DNA from: Polyangiaceae bacterium
GTDB lineage: Bacteria > Myxococcota_A > Polyangia > Polyangiales > Polyangiaceae
Reading direction: 5' to 3'
NCBI GenBank assembly: GCA_035063585.1
Contig: JAPSGB010000006.1
Span: 1 to 64,000, forward strand
Length of the DNA stretch: 64,000 nucleotides
Numbering within the stretch: position 1 is the stretch's first letter; every line of letters starts with the position of its first letter. A program made the translations under genes and the position numbers. Positions 21,208-31,396 of this stretch are shown here, piece by piece. The notes beneath the pieces are model-generated. The model was not told the DNA's origin, searched no databases, and was given only the letters and a program-made list of their open reading frames with translations.

Positions 21208-22337
21208 CCGAGCGTGGCACCGAAGCTCGCACCGCCGCTGGTGGACTTCCGCGCCTGGTAACCACCGCGCGCTGCGGCGTGAAATCCGCTGCCGAGGTCG
21301 GCGCCAAGCTCGGTGAGCAACCGGACACCGAAGGCGTTGGCGTGCGGCATGTCGGTGACCTCGATGATGGGAGACACCCGGACCCGCTCGCCGGGGAGGA
21401 GGTCGAGGCGACTGTACACGCGCGTTCCGAACACCTCGATGGTCTCGAAGCCGAGCGCCAACTTCGCGCCGAGGTGATCGCCGAGCTCGATCGCGCCGCC
21501 GCCACCCATCGCGAACCCGGCCTCGGTGATGCTGGTCAGGACCTCCGCTTGGAGGTGGATGAAGTCGCTCGCCCGCACGGTGATGGTCGGCGCTCCGTAG
21601 TTCAAACCGACCTGATTTCGCTCTCCCTCGTCCGACTCGGAGAGGCTCACGGGTGAGCGGCCCCGCACCAGGCCGAGCCGCAAGCTGAAGTCGGCGACGG
21701 TGCGGAGTGGGCGATAGGTGTAGGAGCCCTCGAGACGGTAGAAGCTGTCGTCGACGATCCGCGGGTCGCCGGTCGTAGGATCGATGGTGCTCCCGGTGCT
21801 TCGTCCAAACGATACGTACTCGGCAGACGACGTGAATTCCGAGCGCCGCCCGCCGAGCCGAGCCGCGAGCGCCCGCTCGCGGAGGTCGGCGAGGTCCTCG
21901 GGGATCAGCACGCGGAACGGCTCCCCGCGAGAAGCGAACGCGGGCTGCCGGGTCCCGTCGAGGCGCTCGATCTCGATGAGGTACTCGAGCGAGGGCGAGA
22001 CGACGGCAGACTCCGGGATGGTGGCGGCGTAGCTCTCCGCGCGCTTGAAGTCGGTCTCGAGGTAGACGGTGTCGCCGCTCCTTCGATAGATGAGGAGCGC
22101 CCGCTTCACGAGCTCCGGGTGACGGATGTCGGCGACCACGGTGAGCGCGCGGTGCGCGGTCGCGACGCTGACCGGCGCGTGATGGAGCGACGGCGCGGGG
22201 GCGGACGACGCGGGTCTCGCCGCGGGCACCTCGGGCTGGCTCGCCTCCCCGGTGGTCGGCTCGGCGCGAAGCGTGCGACCGAAGAGCGCGAGTGTCCCAA
22301 AGAGCGCGAGCGCGCTCGTGTTCTTGAAGCTCACCAT
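21195..22337 (-). CDS. Putative outer-membrane protein: Ig-like N-domain plus beta-barrel
   Basis: Signal peptide; LHHAPV..YRR.G..YAATIP..LEYLIE domain; amphipathic strands ending LGYAF. Confidence 0.75.
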   Translation of the reverse strand: MVSFKNTSALALFGTLALFGRTLRAEPTTGEASQPEVPAARPASSAPAPSLHHAPVSVATAHRALTVVADIRHPELVKRALLIYRRSGDTVYLETDFKRAESYAATIPESAVVSPSLEYLIEIERLDGTRQPAFASRGEPFRVLIPEDLADLRERALAARLGGRRSEFTSSAEYVSFGRSTGSTIDPTTGDPRIVDDSFYRLEGSYTYRPLRTVADFSLRLGLVRGRSPVSLSESDEGERNQVGLNYGAPTITVRASDFIHLQAEVLTSITEAGFAMGGGGAIELGDHLGAKLALGFETIEVFGTRVYSRLDLLPGERVRVSPIIEVTDMPHANAFGVRLLTELGADLGSGFHAAARGGYQARKSTSGGASFGATLGYAF

Positions 22338-24082
22338 GTGTAGCTCACCGCCCCTCCGAAGCCCGGCCCTGCGTGGTTGATGGTTCGACCCTGGTAGGAA
22401 CCGCGAGCCGCCACCACGAGCCCCGGCAGCATGCGATAGCCGACCTGCACGATGGCGCGCGCTCCAACCTCGCCCTGCTCGGTCGAGGTCTGGCCCTGCT
22501 CGGCGTTCTCTTCCGCTGGGCGCACGCTCGCGACATCGGTGCTCACGCCCGCCGGCTGGTTGGTGACCTCGGTGCGTAGGACGATGGGCACACGCTCGAA
22601 GGTGAGGAGCTCGAGCTGGGTGATGCCACGCATACCTACGCCGCCGAGCACCTCACCACCGATCAGCAGGTTGGTGGTGCGATCGCTGCCGATACGGAGG
22701 AGGGTCTGCGCTCCGCCGCTGACCCCGTCGTCGCGGAGGCCAAGCACGCCGCGCAGCACGAGCGACGTCATCGTCCCGAGCACGACCTCGCCCTCCAGAT
22801 AGCCGTAGGTGAGCCCCACCGCGCGCGGCGCTTTGTGCTGTTGGTCGAGCTCCTCGAGCGAGCCGCCGATCCCGCGATAGACGCCGAACCCAGACCGTAC
22901 CGCGCGAATCCCCGAGTCTCCGAGCCGCATGCCGAACGCGCCCTCGGTCTGCCACACGCGATCGTTGGCGCGGCGCGGATCGTTCCAATACGCGAAGTCA
23001 GTGACCAGGCTCGCGGTCGTCTCGTGACGCGCAGGCTGCGTGGCGACCGGGATGGCCTCGACGTCGAGGCGTTTCGGCGCGGTGGAGGTCCCCACCAGAG
23101 GGAAACTCGCGCCCGCCGCGTCGGTGGCCTCGATGAAGTAGTCGAGCCGCGGCTCGCGCAGCTCGGTGCCGGGCACCGTCAGCACGAAGTAGCCGCGTCC
23201 AGCCGCGCGCATCGGCGTCGAGGTGAACGCGACGTCGCCCCAGCGACGGGCGTGGAGCACGGCTCCCGACGCCGTACCGGTGACCTCGACTCCGAAGGAG
23301 AGCGGCTGCCCGCCGAGCGCGGAGCGCGGAGCCGTGAAGTTCACGAGCCGCGGCGCGCGCGGTGTGGCCTGCGTCCGTTCCCGCGCGAGCAGCGCGCGGA
23401 GCTGCGCGGCCTCCTCGTAGAGCACCACCGCGAAGCGCCCGCGAGGATGCGCTGCCACGTAGGCTTCGTAGCGGCGGATCCGGAGCGCGGGCTCCGCGCC
23501 GGTGAGCGAAGCGAAGAGCCGCGCGACCTCCGCCGCTTCCACGTCGCTCTCGACCGGCAGCGGCTCCGCAGTGGGGGGGTGGGGTTGGCTCGGCGCGGAA
23601 CCACCCGGAGCGCTCGCGCTCGGCGGCGCGGGAACCGGAGCCACCACCGCACGGAGGAGGACGATGTCGCCGGCCTGGGGCTCGCGCGCGAGCTCACCCA
23701 CCGGACGCGCGAGCGACAGCGAGTCGCGCACCTGCGTGAGCCGCAGCTTGCCGATGAGGAAGCGGTCGGTGATGACGCGCCTGGTCACCGGGTGGCGCAC
23801 GGTGATGGGCCGCCAGAGCTCGAGCTCGTCCCCGACGCGAGCACCGCGCGCGCTCGCCAGGTCGACGACGAGGTCGCCATGCGATAGCTCGACGACGTAG
23901 CCGGTCGCCTCGCTCTCCGCGTCCTCAGCGGCCCACGCCGCGCGCGGAACGCCGAGGAGCGTGAGCCCGAGCGCCGCGACGGCCAGCTGGGCTCGGACCC
24001 TGCCGCCGGCCGCGACGCGCTGCCACCCCAACCTCCCCCGGGCTCGATTCGTGGTCTCCGTCACGTCGAGGACCGACTGCAA
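22331..24082 (-). CDS. Putative outer-membrane protein: N-terminal FlgT-like beta domain, Ig-like domain, beta-barrel
   Basis: LVVDLASARGARVGDELELWR; LHARRWGD..TPM..LDYFIEA; ends VSYTW; start uncertain. Confidence 0.72.
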   Translation of the reverse strand: MQSVLDVTETTNRARGRLGWQRVAAGGRVRAQLAVAALGLTLLGVPRAAWAAEDAESEATGYVVELSHGDLVVDLASARGARVGDELELWRPITVRHPVTRRVITDRFLIGKLRLTQVRDSLSLARPVGELAREPQAGDIVLLRAVVAPVPAPPSASAPGGSAPSQPHPPTAEPLPVESDVEAAEVARLFASLTGAEPALRIRRYEAYVAAHPRGRFAVVLYEEAAQLRALLARERTQATPRAPRLVNFTAPRSALGGQPLSFGVEVTGTASGAVLHARRWGDVAFTSTPMRAAGRGYFVLTVPGTELREPRLDYFIEATDAAGASFPLVGTSTAPKRLDVEAIPVATQPARHETTASLVTDFAYWNDPRRANDRVWQTEGAFGMRLGDSGIRAVRSGFGVYRGIGGSLEELDQQHKAPRAVGLTYGYLEGEVVLGTMTSLVLRGVLGLRDDGVSGGAQTLLRIGSDRTTNLLIGGEVLGGVGMRGITQLELLTFERVPIVLRTEVTNQPAGVSTDVASVRPAEENAEQGQTSTEQGEVGARAIVQVGYRMLPGLVVAARGSYQGRTINHAGPGFGGAVSYTW

Positions 24083-24278
24083 GGCCCGAGCCAGCGCAGA
24101 ATGCGCGGATCCTGATCATTTCGCCGCCGAGGTGTGGCGCGCCAGCGTCACCCGAGCGTTGCGCGGGAAGCACAGAGGGCCGCCGCCATCTGGTCGGCAC
24201 CCTCGTCTTTCGCGAGCGCGACCGGCGGGGGAAGCGAGACCGCGTCGCGCGCGGCGCAGACGCGAAGCTCCTCGCGGC

Positions 24279-25316
24279 TCAGCCCGTACCGGCGCGCGCG
24301 GACGCCTCTTCCGCCTGCTCTCGCTCCGTCTCGGCGAGCGCCTCGAAGGGGTCCTGCCAGCTCTCGTACTCGAGGATCCCGAGCGTGGCGAAGCGCTCGC
24401 GTTGCCTCGGCGAGAGGAGCCCGATGCGCTTTACGGCCGGGACGATCTTGCTGAAGAGGATCTGACGGAACTGCCGCTGCCCCTCGTTGTCGAGCGCGAT
24501 CCGCGCGCACTCGTCGACCGGCATGCCCATCTTCTCCCACACCTGCTGGAAGAGGAAGCGATCGCGCATGAGCACGGCGGACTCGTAGACGAAATCCTCG
24601 CGCTCGCGCACCTCGCGCTCGCTCACGTCCTTGTAGTAGTCGCGGAGCGAGAGCACCCCGTAGGCGACGTGGCGCGCTTCGTCCTTGATCACATAGGTCG
24701 TGAGCGACTTCAAGAGCGGCTCGTAGACCGTCTGGCGAGTGACCCCGAAGGCGGCGAGAGCGAGCCCCTCGACCATGATCTGCATCCCGAGGAGCTTCAT
24801 GTCCCAGCGAGAGTCGGTGAGGATGAGATCGAGGAGCTGCTTCAGGTGGGGGTTGATCGGGTACGAGAACCCGACCTTCTCGTGAAGATAGCGGTCGAAC
24901 ACCTCGACGTGCCGCGCCTCGTCCACCACCTGGGTTGCGGCGTAGTACTTCGAGTCGATGTCCGGGACCGAGTTCACGAGCTGCGCGGCGGCGAGCAGCG
25001 CGCCCTGTTCTCCATGGAGGAACTGAGACTGGATCCACGCGGCCAGCTCCCACTTGAGCCTCTGGCGCTCGGGTGGCGTGAGCTTCGCGTAGAGCTCCGA
25101 TCCATACAGTGGGTGCATGAACTCGGGCATGTTGTCCTTGTCGAGATCGACGTCGGTAGACCAGTCGAGCCGCTCGTCCGCGTCCCACTGCGCCTGCTTC
25201 GCCTTGCGGTAGAGGTCGCGCAGCTCCGCGCGCGTCTCCTCGTAGCCCCAGTTGTAGGTGACATCGAGAGTCGCCTCGATGCGTTCGAGGTTCAGCGGAC
25301 GAGTAGCGATCGACAT
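24279..25316 (-). CDS. Ferritin-like diiron protein (AurF-like family)
   Basis: GAGGAG SD; HGEQGA, DEARHVEVF, VEGLALAAF, DEARHVAYG (two ExxH motifs). Confidence 0.88.
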   Translation of the reverse strand: MSIATRPLNLERIEATLDVTYNWGYEETRAELRDLYRKAKQAQWDADERLDWSTDVDLDKDNMPEFMHPLYGSELYAKLTPPERQRLKWELAAWIQSQFLHGEQGALLAAAQLVNSVPDIDSKYYAATQVVDEARHVEVFDRYLHEKVGFSYPINPHLKQLLDLILTDSRWDMKLLGMQIMVEGLALAAFGVTRQTVYEPLLKSLTTYVIKDEARHVAYGVLSLRDYYKDVSEREVREREDFVYESAVLMRDRFLFQQVWEKMGMPVDECARIALDNEGQRQFRQILFSKIVPAVKRIGLLSPRQRERFATLGILEYESWQDPFEALAETEREQAEEASARAGTG

Positions 25317-25394
25317 GGAATCCAACTCCTCACGGGCGAAGCGCGGAGGCGCAGGCAGCCGCACCTTGACCCATGTCAAGTATAACCGGAAACC

Positions 25395-26498
25395 TCACGC
25401 AATGACGAGCCGCGCGCGGCGAGGGTTCCAGGCGTCCGGGCCGTCATCGCTGAAGCGTCCGGGGAGCCGCGCGCCGCAGCGCCGGCATCGGCTGCCGTCG
25501 AGCCGATAGCCGCGGAGGCGGTATCCGTCCCGCTCGACGAGGAGCTCCCCGCACGTCGCGCAGGTGCTGCTCTGTCCGCCCGGATCCCGGATATTGCCCG
25601 AGTAGACATGGCGGAGGCCGTGCGCGAGCGCCTGCGCGCGCGCGCGCCGGATGGTGCCCGGCGGGGTCGCGTCGTGTCCGGTCAGCTTGAAGTCGGGGTG
25701 AAAGGCGCTGAAATGGAGCGGTACCTCGGGCCCGAGCTCACGCGCGACCCAGCCGCACAGCCGATCGACCTCTTCCGGGGAGTCATTCTCACCCGGGATG
25801 AGCAGCGTCGTGACTTCGAACCAGACGCTCGTCTCCCGCTTCAAGTAGCGGAGGGTCTCGAGCACCGGCTCGAGGTGAGCAAAGCAGAGCTTCTCGTAGA
25901 AGCGGTCGGTGAAGGCCTTGAGATCGACGTTGGCCGCGTCCATCACCGAGAAAAACTCACCGCGCGCCTCCGCGGTGATGTATCCGGCGGTGACCGCCAC
26001 GGTGCGAACCCCGCGCTCGTGGCACGCCTTGGCGGTGTCGATCGCGTACTCGGCAAAGATGACCGGGTCGTTGTAAGTGAACGCGACGCTCCGGCAGCCA
26101 GCGGCCACCGCGGCGTCCGCGATCTGCGCCGGGGTCGCGCTGTCGGTGAGCCGCTCGACCGCGCGCGCCTTCGAGATGTCCCAGTTCTGACAGAACCGAC
26201 AGCCAAGGTTGCAACCCGCGGTGCCGAACGAGAGCACGCTCGAGCCCGGATAGAAGTGGTTGAGCGGCTTCTTCTCGATGGGGTCGATGGCGAACCCGCT
26301 CGCTTTGCCATAGCTCGTGAGCCATACTTCGTCGCCGGCGCGCTGGCGCACGAAGCAGAACCCGCGCTGTCCGTCGTTCAGCTTGCAGTAGCGCGGGCAG
26401 AGATCGCACTGGACGCGCCCGTCCGACAGCGCGTGATGCCAGCGCCCGCGCGCGAGCCCCGGCGTCTCGGCCGGGCTGTCGGCGGCGCGACGCGACAT
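25395..26498 (-). CDS. amrS: AmmeMemoRadiSam system radical SAM enzyme
   Basis: CDLCPRYC..GFCFVR, DPIEKKPLNHFYPG, GCNLGCRFCQNWDIS, AFTYNDP, C-terminal CxxC pairs. Confidence 0.95.
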   Translation of the reverse strand: MSRRAADSPAETPGLARGRWHHALSDGRVQCDLCPRYCKLNDGQRGFCFVRQRAGDEVWLTSYGKASGFAIDPIEKKPLNHFYPGSSVLSFGTAGCNLGCRFCQNWDISKARAVERLTDSATPAQIADAAVAAGCRSVAFTYNDPVIFAEYAIDTAKACHERGVRTVAVTAGYITAEARGEFFSVMDAANVDLKAFTDRFYEKLCFAHLEPVLETLRYLKRETSVWFEVTTLLIPGENDSPEEVDRLCGWVARELGPEVPLHFSAFHPDFKLTGHDATPPGTIRRARAQALAHGLRHVYSGNIRDPGGQSSTCATCGELLVERDGYRLRGYRLDGSRCRRCGARLPGRFSDDGPDAWNPRRARLVIA

Positions 26499-26521
26499 GT
26501 TCTACTAATTTGTGCACAGGA

Positions 26522-26551
26522 CGGCGCGCGCGCAACACGACGCGCGCGCCG
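26522..26551. terminator. GC-rich hairpin between rph and amrS
   Basis: CGGCGCGCGCG-N8-CGCGCGCGCCG; no U-tract. Confidence 0.3.
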
Positions 26552-26586
26552 AGCCCGCCCCGGAGGAGGCCGGGGCGCGAGCGAGC

Positions 26587-27339
26587 TCAGAGCCGGCTCC
26601 GGTCGACCCCTTGCCTCTCTAGGACGGCGTCCTGAATCTTGGTGAGCGCGGTCACGCCCTCGAGCGCGAGATCGATCATCGCGTCGACGTCCGAGCGCGG
26701 GACGGCCTCGCCCTCGGCGGTGCCCTGAAGCTCGACGATCGCGCCCTGGGCGGTGGCGACCACGTTGAGGTCGACCCGCGCCGTGCTGTCCGCGGCGTAG
26801 TCGAGATCGAGCACGAGCTCGCCGCCGACGTGCCCGACGCTGACCGCCGCGATCTGATCGCGAAGCACTTTGCGGTCCAGCCGACGAACGCGGTGGAGCC
26901 GGTCGAGCGCGAGCGCGAGCGCGAGCCAGCCGCCGGTGATGGCGGCCGTGCGCGTCCCGCCGTCGGCCTCGAGCACGTCGCAGTCGATGACGATGCTCCG
27001 CTCTCCGAGGCGCTCGAGATCGATGGCGGCACGGAGCGCGCGACCGATGAGCCGCTGGATCTCGCGCGCCCGGCCTCCCAGCGGGCGGTCGCGCCCGTCG
27101 CGGTTCTCACGGCGCTTCGGGTTCGAGCGCGGGTGCATCTGGTACTCGGCGGTGATCCAACCCTTGCCCTTGCCTCGGAGGAACTCGGGCACGCTGTCGT
27201 CGATGGAAGCGGTGCAGAGCACCACGGTCTTGCCCGCCTTGTAGAGCACCGAGCCCTCGCTCATGGTGTGAAATCCGGGCAGCACCTCGACGCGCCGAAC
27301 TTCCCTCGGGCCCTTCCGCACGCTCTCGTCGTTTGTCAT
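26587..27339 (-). CDS. rph: Ribonuclease PH
   Basis: GWITAEYQMHPRS, GRAREIQRLIGRALR, DCDVLEADGGTRTAAITG, DLDY..DS, ELQGTAEG. Confidence 0.97.
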   Translation of the reverse strand: MTNDESVRKGPREVRRVEVLPGFHTMSEGSVLYKAGKTVVLCTASIDDSVPEFLRGKGKGWITAEYQMHPRSNPKRRENRDGRDRPLGGRAREIQRLIGRALRAAIDLERLGERSIVIDCDVLEADGGTRTAAITGGWLALALALDRLHRVRRLDRKVLRDQIAAVSVGHVGGELVLDLDYAADSTARVDLNVVATAQGAIVELQGTAEGEAVPRSDVDAMIDLALEGVTALTKIQDAVLERQGVDRSRL

Positions 27340-27367
27340 TCCGGAGCGTATCTAACACACTCCGCGC

Positions 27368-28072
27368 ATGACGACCGCCGCCGCTCACGAGCTCCGCGTC
27401 TCGGAGATCTTCGAGAGCGTGCAAGGCGAGGGCGCGAGCGCGGGGCTGCCTGCCATCTTCGTGCGACTCGCCGGCTGCAACCTGCGATGCAGCTGGTGCG
27501 ACACGCCGTATTCTTGGGACTGGCAGCGCTATCGCTACGAGGACGAGGTTCGGCGCATGAGCGTCGGGGAGGTTGCCGACGCGGTGCGCGCGTCAGGAGC
27601 GCCGCGCCTCATCGTTACCGGCGGCGAGCCGATGCTCCAAGCGGCGGCCGTGGCCGCGCTGCTCGAGCGCCTCCCCGCCGAGCTCGCGGTCGAGGTCGAG
27701 ACGAACGGGACCGTCAGGCCGGAGCCGCCGCTCGCGACGCGCGTCGATCAGTGGAACGTGTCGCCCAAGCTCGCGAGCGGAGGCGACCCGGCGCGGCGCC
27801 GGCTGAAGCCGGACGCGCTGGCGTCCCTCCTCGCCACCGGACGGGCGTGGCTGAAGCTGGTGCTCGAGTCGGAGCGGGAAGTCCCCGAGCTCGAGGCGCT
27901 CCTCACGCTCACCGCCTGGCCGCGCGAGCGCGTCCTCATCATGCCGCAGGCGCGCACGCGCGAAGAGCTCGCCGAGCGCGCGCCGGTGATCGAGCGTCTG
28001 GCCCGCGAGCTGGGTGTGGGCGTATCACCGCGGCTCCACATCGAGCGCTGGGGCGGCGAGCGCGGGCGCTAG
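27368..28072 (+). CDS. queE: 7-carboxy-7-deazaguanine synthase (radical SAM)
   Basis: [46 protein letters not shown]. Confidence 0.92.
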   Translation: MTTAAAHELRVSEIFESVQGEGASAGLPAIFVRLAGCNLRCSWCDTPYSWDWQRYRYEDEVRRMSVGEVADAVRASGAPRLIVTGGEPMLQAAAVAALLERLPAELAVEVETNGTVRPEPPLATRVDQWNVSPKLASGGDPARRRLKPDALASLLATGRAWLKLVLESEREVPELEALLTLTAWPRERVLIMPQARTREELAERAPVIERLARELGVGVSPRLHIERWGGERGR

Positions 28073-28746
28073 GCGCGCAGCCGGCGGCCCGACACCGGGC
28101 GCGACAGGCGCTCGACCACCAGCACCGCGACGAAGCCGAGCGCGACCGCCACCCAGAGCAGCGCCCGCGCCGAGGCGTCGTCACCGCGCTGCTCGGCGCT
28201 GAAGATGGCGAGGCTCAGCGTGCGCGTCTTGCCCGGCACGTTGCCTGCCACGATGATGGTCGCCCCGAATTCCCCGAGCGCGCGCGAGAAGCCGAGCACC
28301 AGCGCGGCGAGCAGCCCTCGCCGCGCTACCGGCAGCGTGACCCGCGCGAACGCCGTGGCCGGGCCGTAGCCGAGCGTGCGGCCCATCGCCTCGAGGCGCG
28401 GGTCCACCGCCTCGAAGGCGACCCGCGCCGTCCGCACCATGAGCGGCCAGGCCATCACCGCGGAGGCGACCACCGCGCCCTTCCAGGTGAAGAGGACGTC
28501 GAGCTCGACGCCGAGGGAGCGCGCGCCGAGGATGCCGTCTACCGCGAACAGCTCGAGGAGCAGATAGCCGATCGCGGTCGGCGGCAGCACGAGCGGCAAG
28601 CTCATGAGGGTCTCGACCACGCTCTTGCCGAAGAAGCTGCGCCGCGCGAGGCCGTACGCCACCAGCATGGCGGGGACGAACGAGAGCGCGATCGCGGTCG
28701 CGGCGACCTCGAGGGTGACGAGGAGGGTGCTGCCGAGGTCGCTCAC
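28069..28746 (-). CDS. modB: Molybdate ABC transporter permease
   Basis: [41 protein letters not shown] overlap with modA. Confidence 0.95.
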   Translation of the reverse strand: MSDLGSTLLVTLEVAATAIALSFVPAMLVAYGLARRSFFGKSVVETLMSLPLVLPPTAIGYLLLELFAVDGILGARSLGVELDVLFTWKGAVVASAVMAWPLMVRTARVAFEAVDPRLEAMGRTLGYGPATAFARVTLPVARRGLLAALVLGFSRALGEFGATIIVAGNVPGKTRTLSLAIFSAEQRGDDASARALLWVAVALGFVAVLVVERLSRPVSGRRLRA

Positions 28747-29516
28747 TTCTCGAGCATACCGAACCCGTGGGCGCGGTAGACGGCGGCGGCCTCGCCGCTC
28801 TCGAGATACTCGAGGAGCGCGCGCGCCTCGGTCGGGTTCGGCCGGCCGGCGATGAGCGCGATGGGATAGCGGATGGCCGGCCCGGAGCTCGCCGGCACGA
28901 CGTAGAGGGCCCGGAGCCGGGCGTTCGCGCGGAGATCGGACGCGTAAACGATCCCGACGCGTCGCGGATCCGCCGCGACCGCGGCGAGCGCAGCGCGCAC
29001 GTCGAGAGCAGGGACCACCCGCTCCTTCACTCCGGCCCACAGCCCCTCGCGCTCGAGCCACGCCTTGGCGTAGCGACCGGCCGGCACCGCGTCGGGATCG
29101 GCCAAGATGAGCTGGTCGTAGCTCGCACCGGTGAGGTCCGCCGGCGCCTTCACGCGAGCGGCGCCGTCGTTCCGAGCGACCACCACGAGCTGGCCGGTGA
29201 GCAGCGCGCGGCGCGTACCGGGAGTCAGCAAGTGCTTCTCGTCGAGAAAATCCATCCAGGCCTCGTCGGCCGAGAAGAAGACGTCAGCGCCGGGCGCGCT
29301 GGCGAGCTGGCGGGCGAGCGCGTTCGACCCGGCGAAACTCGCCACGACCCGCACGTTCGGGTGAGCTGCCTCATAGCGCGAGGTGAGCTCCTCGAGCGCA
29401 TCCTGCAAGCTCGCGGCAGCGAACACCGTCAGCTCGACCGAGCCCGGCGCTGGTGAGCGGCACGCGCCCAAGACGAGCGCGACGCAGAAGAGGAGCAGTC
29501 TGCGCCGCGCTTCCAC
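28743..29516 (-). CDS. modA: Molybdate ABC transporter substrate-binding lipoprotein
   Basis: Lipobox [37 protein letters not shown]. Confidence 0.95.
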   Translation of the reverse strand: MEARRRLLLFCVALVLGACRSPAPGSVELTVFAAASLQDALEELTSRYEAAHPNVRVVASFAGSNALARQLASAPGADVFFSADEAWMDFLDEKHLLTPGTRRALLTGQLVVVARNDGAARVKAPADLTGASYDQLILADPDAVPAGRYAKAWLEREGLWAGVKERVVPALDVRAALAAVAADPRRVGIVYASDLRANARLRALYVVPASSGPAIRYPIALIAGRPNPTEARALLEYLESGEAAAVYRAHGFGMLEK

Positions 29517-29517
29517 C

Positions 29518-31203
29518 TCAGAATCGCACCCCGACGCTCTGGGTAGCGCCGGCGGCGACGTTGACTCCGCGGACCTGCCGGGCGCCATCCGGGCCGATGA
29601 AGATGACCGTGTGCGACCCGGGCTTGACCTTGACGCCCATGACCGGCGTCGACCCGAGCGGACGGCCATCGAGGACGACGTTCGCGATCGGGATCGAGTT
29701 GAGGTTCAGATGCGCGACCCCGTCGGCCGCCGGAGCGGGTGCGGGTGCGGCGGGGCGCGCCGGCCCGGAGCCTGCGCGGGGCTCGGCCGGAGCCGCCGGC
29801 TTGGGCGCCGTCTCGGTGAGCGTCATGACCGGGGTGTCGTCGGCCTTCGAGGGGGGTCGGTCCGGCGCGGTCGCCGCGGGGCGCGGGGCGCGCTCGTCGG
29901 CCTTGGCGATCGCGCCCTTCTCGGCGGTGAGCTCGACGTGCACGACGGCGTCCTTGCCGTCGGTCACCTCGACCGCGCGCGAAGCCGTGGTCTCGTAGCC
30001 GGGCGCCTCGACCTGCACGAAGTGGGCGCCGCCCGGGAGGTTGTCCACGCGGCACGGCGCGCTCTCACAGCGCAGGGCGCCGTCGATGAGGATCTTCGGC
30101 TTCGAGACCTCGCCGCCGTTCTGACCCGCGACGCTGACCACCACGGTGCCGCCAGAGCCGCCGAAGCCGAGCGCCTTCGGGCGCGCGATGAGCAGCCCCG
30201 CGGTGACCAGCAACATCGCCGCGGCGGCGGCGAGGAGCGGCGTCGCGAGTCGCCGGCTCGGCGGCGGCGCGGGGACCAAGGAGACGGCTGACGCCGGCGC
30301 GAGCACCGCCGGAGGAAAGCTCGCCGTCGCGGGAGGCGCCGACGGGCGTGGCTCGGGCGGTGGGGGACGCGAGAGAGACGGCGCAGTCGGGATCGACGAG
30401 CGCGGGGGCGGCGGCACGGACGAGCCGAGCGCGCTCGGCGGCGGCCTCGAGCGCTTCGCCGCCGCCGAGGGTGACATCAGCGCGTCGAGCGCCGACGAGC
30501 CGCCGCGTGACGGCGCCAGCATCTGGGTCGGCGTCGCGTCGAATTCCTCGTCCTCGTCATCGAGCGGCTCGATGGGCTTCCGCTCGTGATCGGCTGCGGC
30601 CGGAGCCGCGGCCTTCAGCGCGGGCTCGGTGATCGGCTGCTCGGCCGCGGCCGGCGCGGAGATCGCGGCCGCGTCCACCCCGTCCGCGACCATCACCGAC
30701 GCGGAAGGCTCCTCGAGTCGCACGGGCGCCGGCGGCTTCGTCGCAGGGCCATGTTGCGAGCTGTTCGGGAGGCCCGGAGTGTCGTCCTCGATCGGCTCCG
30801 CCTCGATCACGGGAGCGGCGCTCCGCTTGCTCGGCGGCGGAGGCGGCGCGCTCATCGCGGGCGCGCTCCGCTTGCTCGGCGGTGGAGGCGGCGCGCTCAC
30901 CGCGGGCGCGCTCCGCGACACCGACGGCGGCGCGGGCGGCGCCTTGGAGCGCGAGAGCTCGGCGAGGCTCGCCGCGGTAGGCGGCGGAGGCGGGGGCGCG
31001 GGCGGTCTCGAGTGACGCACCCCGGTGCCGAGCGGCGGTAACGCCGGGGCTCCGCCGGGTGACGACGCGCGCTCGCCGCTCGGCGGCACCTGCGAGGTCA
31101 CGGACGTCTTCGGGCGCGCGAGCTCCGGAAAGAGATCGTCGAGGGTGGCGTTCTTGCTCGACTCGTCCGAGGTGGTCGACATGGCGGTATCCTTCGAACC
31201 CAT
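29518..31203 (-). CDS. Bitopic membrane protein with long Pro-rich cytoplasmic region and two PEGA-like domains
   Basis: Poly-Pro tracts, one TM helix, KILIDG..GAHFVQVEAPGY and LNSIP.ANVVLDGRPLGSTP. Confidence 0.8.
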   Translation of the reverse strand: MGSKDTAMSTTSDESSKNATLDDLFPELARPKTSVTSQVPPSGERASSPGGAPALPPLGTGVRHSRPPAPPPPPPTAASLAELSRSKAPPAPPSVSRSAPAVSAPPPPPSKRSAPAMSAPPPPPSKRSAAPVIEAEPIEDDTPGLPNSSQHGPATKPPAPVRLEEPSASVMVADGVDAAAISAPAAAEQPITEPALKAAAPAAADHERKPIEPLDDEDEEFDATPTQMLAPSRGGSSALDALMSPSAAAKRSRPPPSALGSSVPPPPRSSIPTAPSLSRPPPPEPRPSAPPATASFPPAVLAPASAVSLVPAPPPSRRLATPLLAAAAAMLLVTAGLLIARPKALGFGGSGGTVVVSVAGQNGGEVSKPKILIDGALRCESAPCRVDNLPGGAHFVQVEAPGYETTASRAVEVTDGKDAVVHVELTAEKGAIAKADERAPRPAATAPDRPPSKADDTPVMTLTETAPKPAAPAEPRAGSGPARPAAPAPAPAADGVAHLNLNSIPIANVVLDGRPLGSTPVMGVKVKPGSHTVIFIGPDGARQVRGVNVAAGATQSVGVRF

Positions 31204-31396
31204 GGCCCCGAGGGAGACGGGGCGAGGGCCGGCGCTGGGCGAGGCGCCGCGGGGGACACGGCGTCGCGCGCGCAGTCTGCGGTGAGCGAGCGAAGTTTGC
31301 AACGACTTGGCTTCTCACACGAATTTTTCACGGGTCCACGGGTACGGGTGTTCAGCGCGCTTCCTCGGCGTGCGAGGCCGCGTATCATCGCGGCCA

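Noticed and set aside
27368..28072. queE as part of a dpd (7-deazaguanine DNA modification) defence island
   Set aside because: No dpdA/tgt, queC, queD or folE nearby; the housekeeping context points to ordinary queuosine synthesis.
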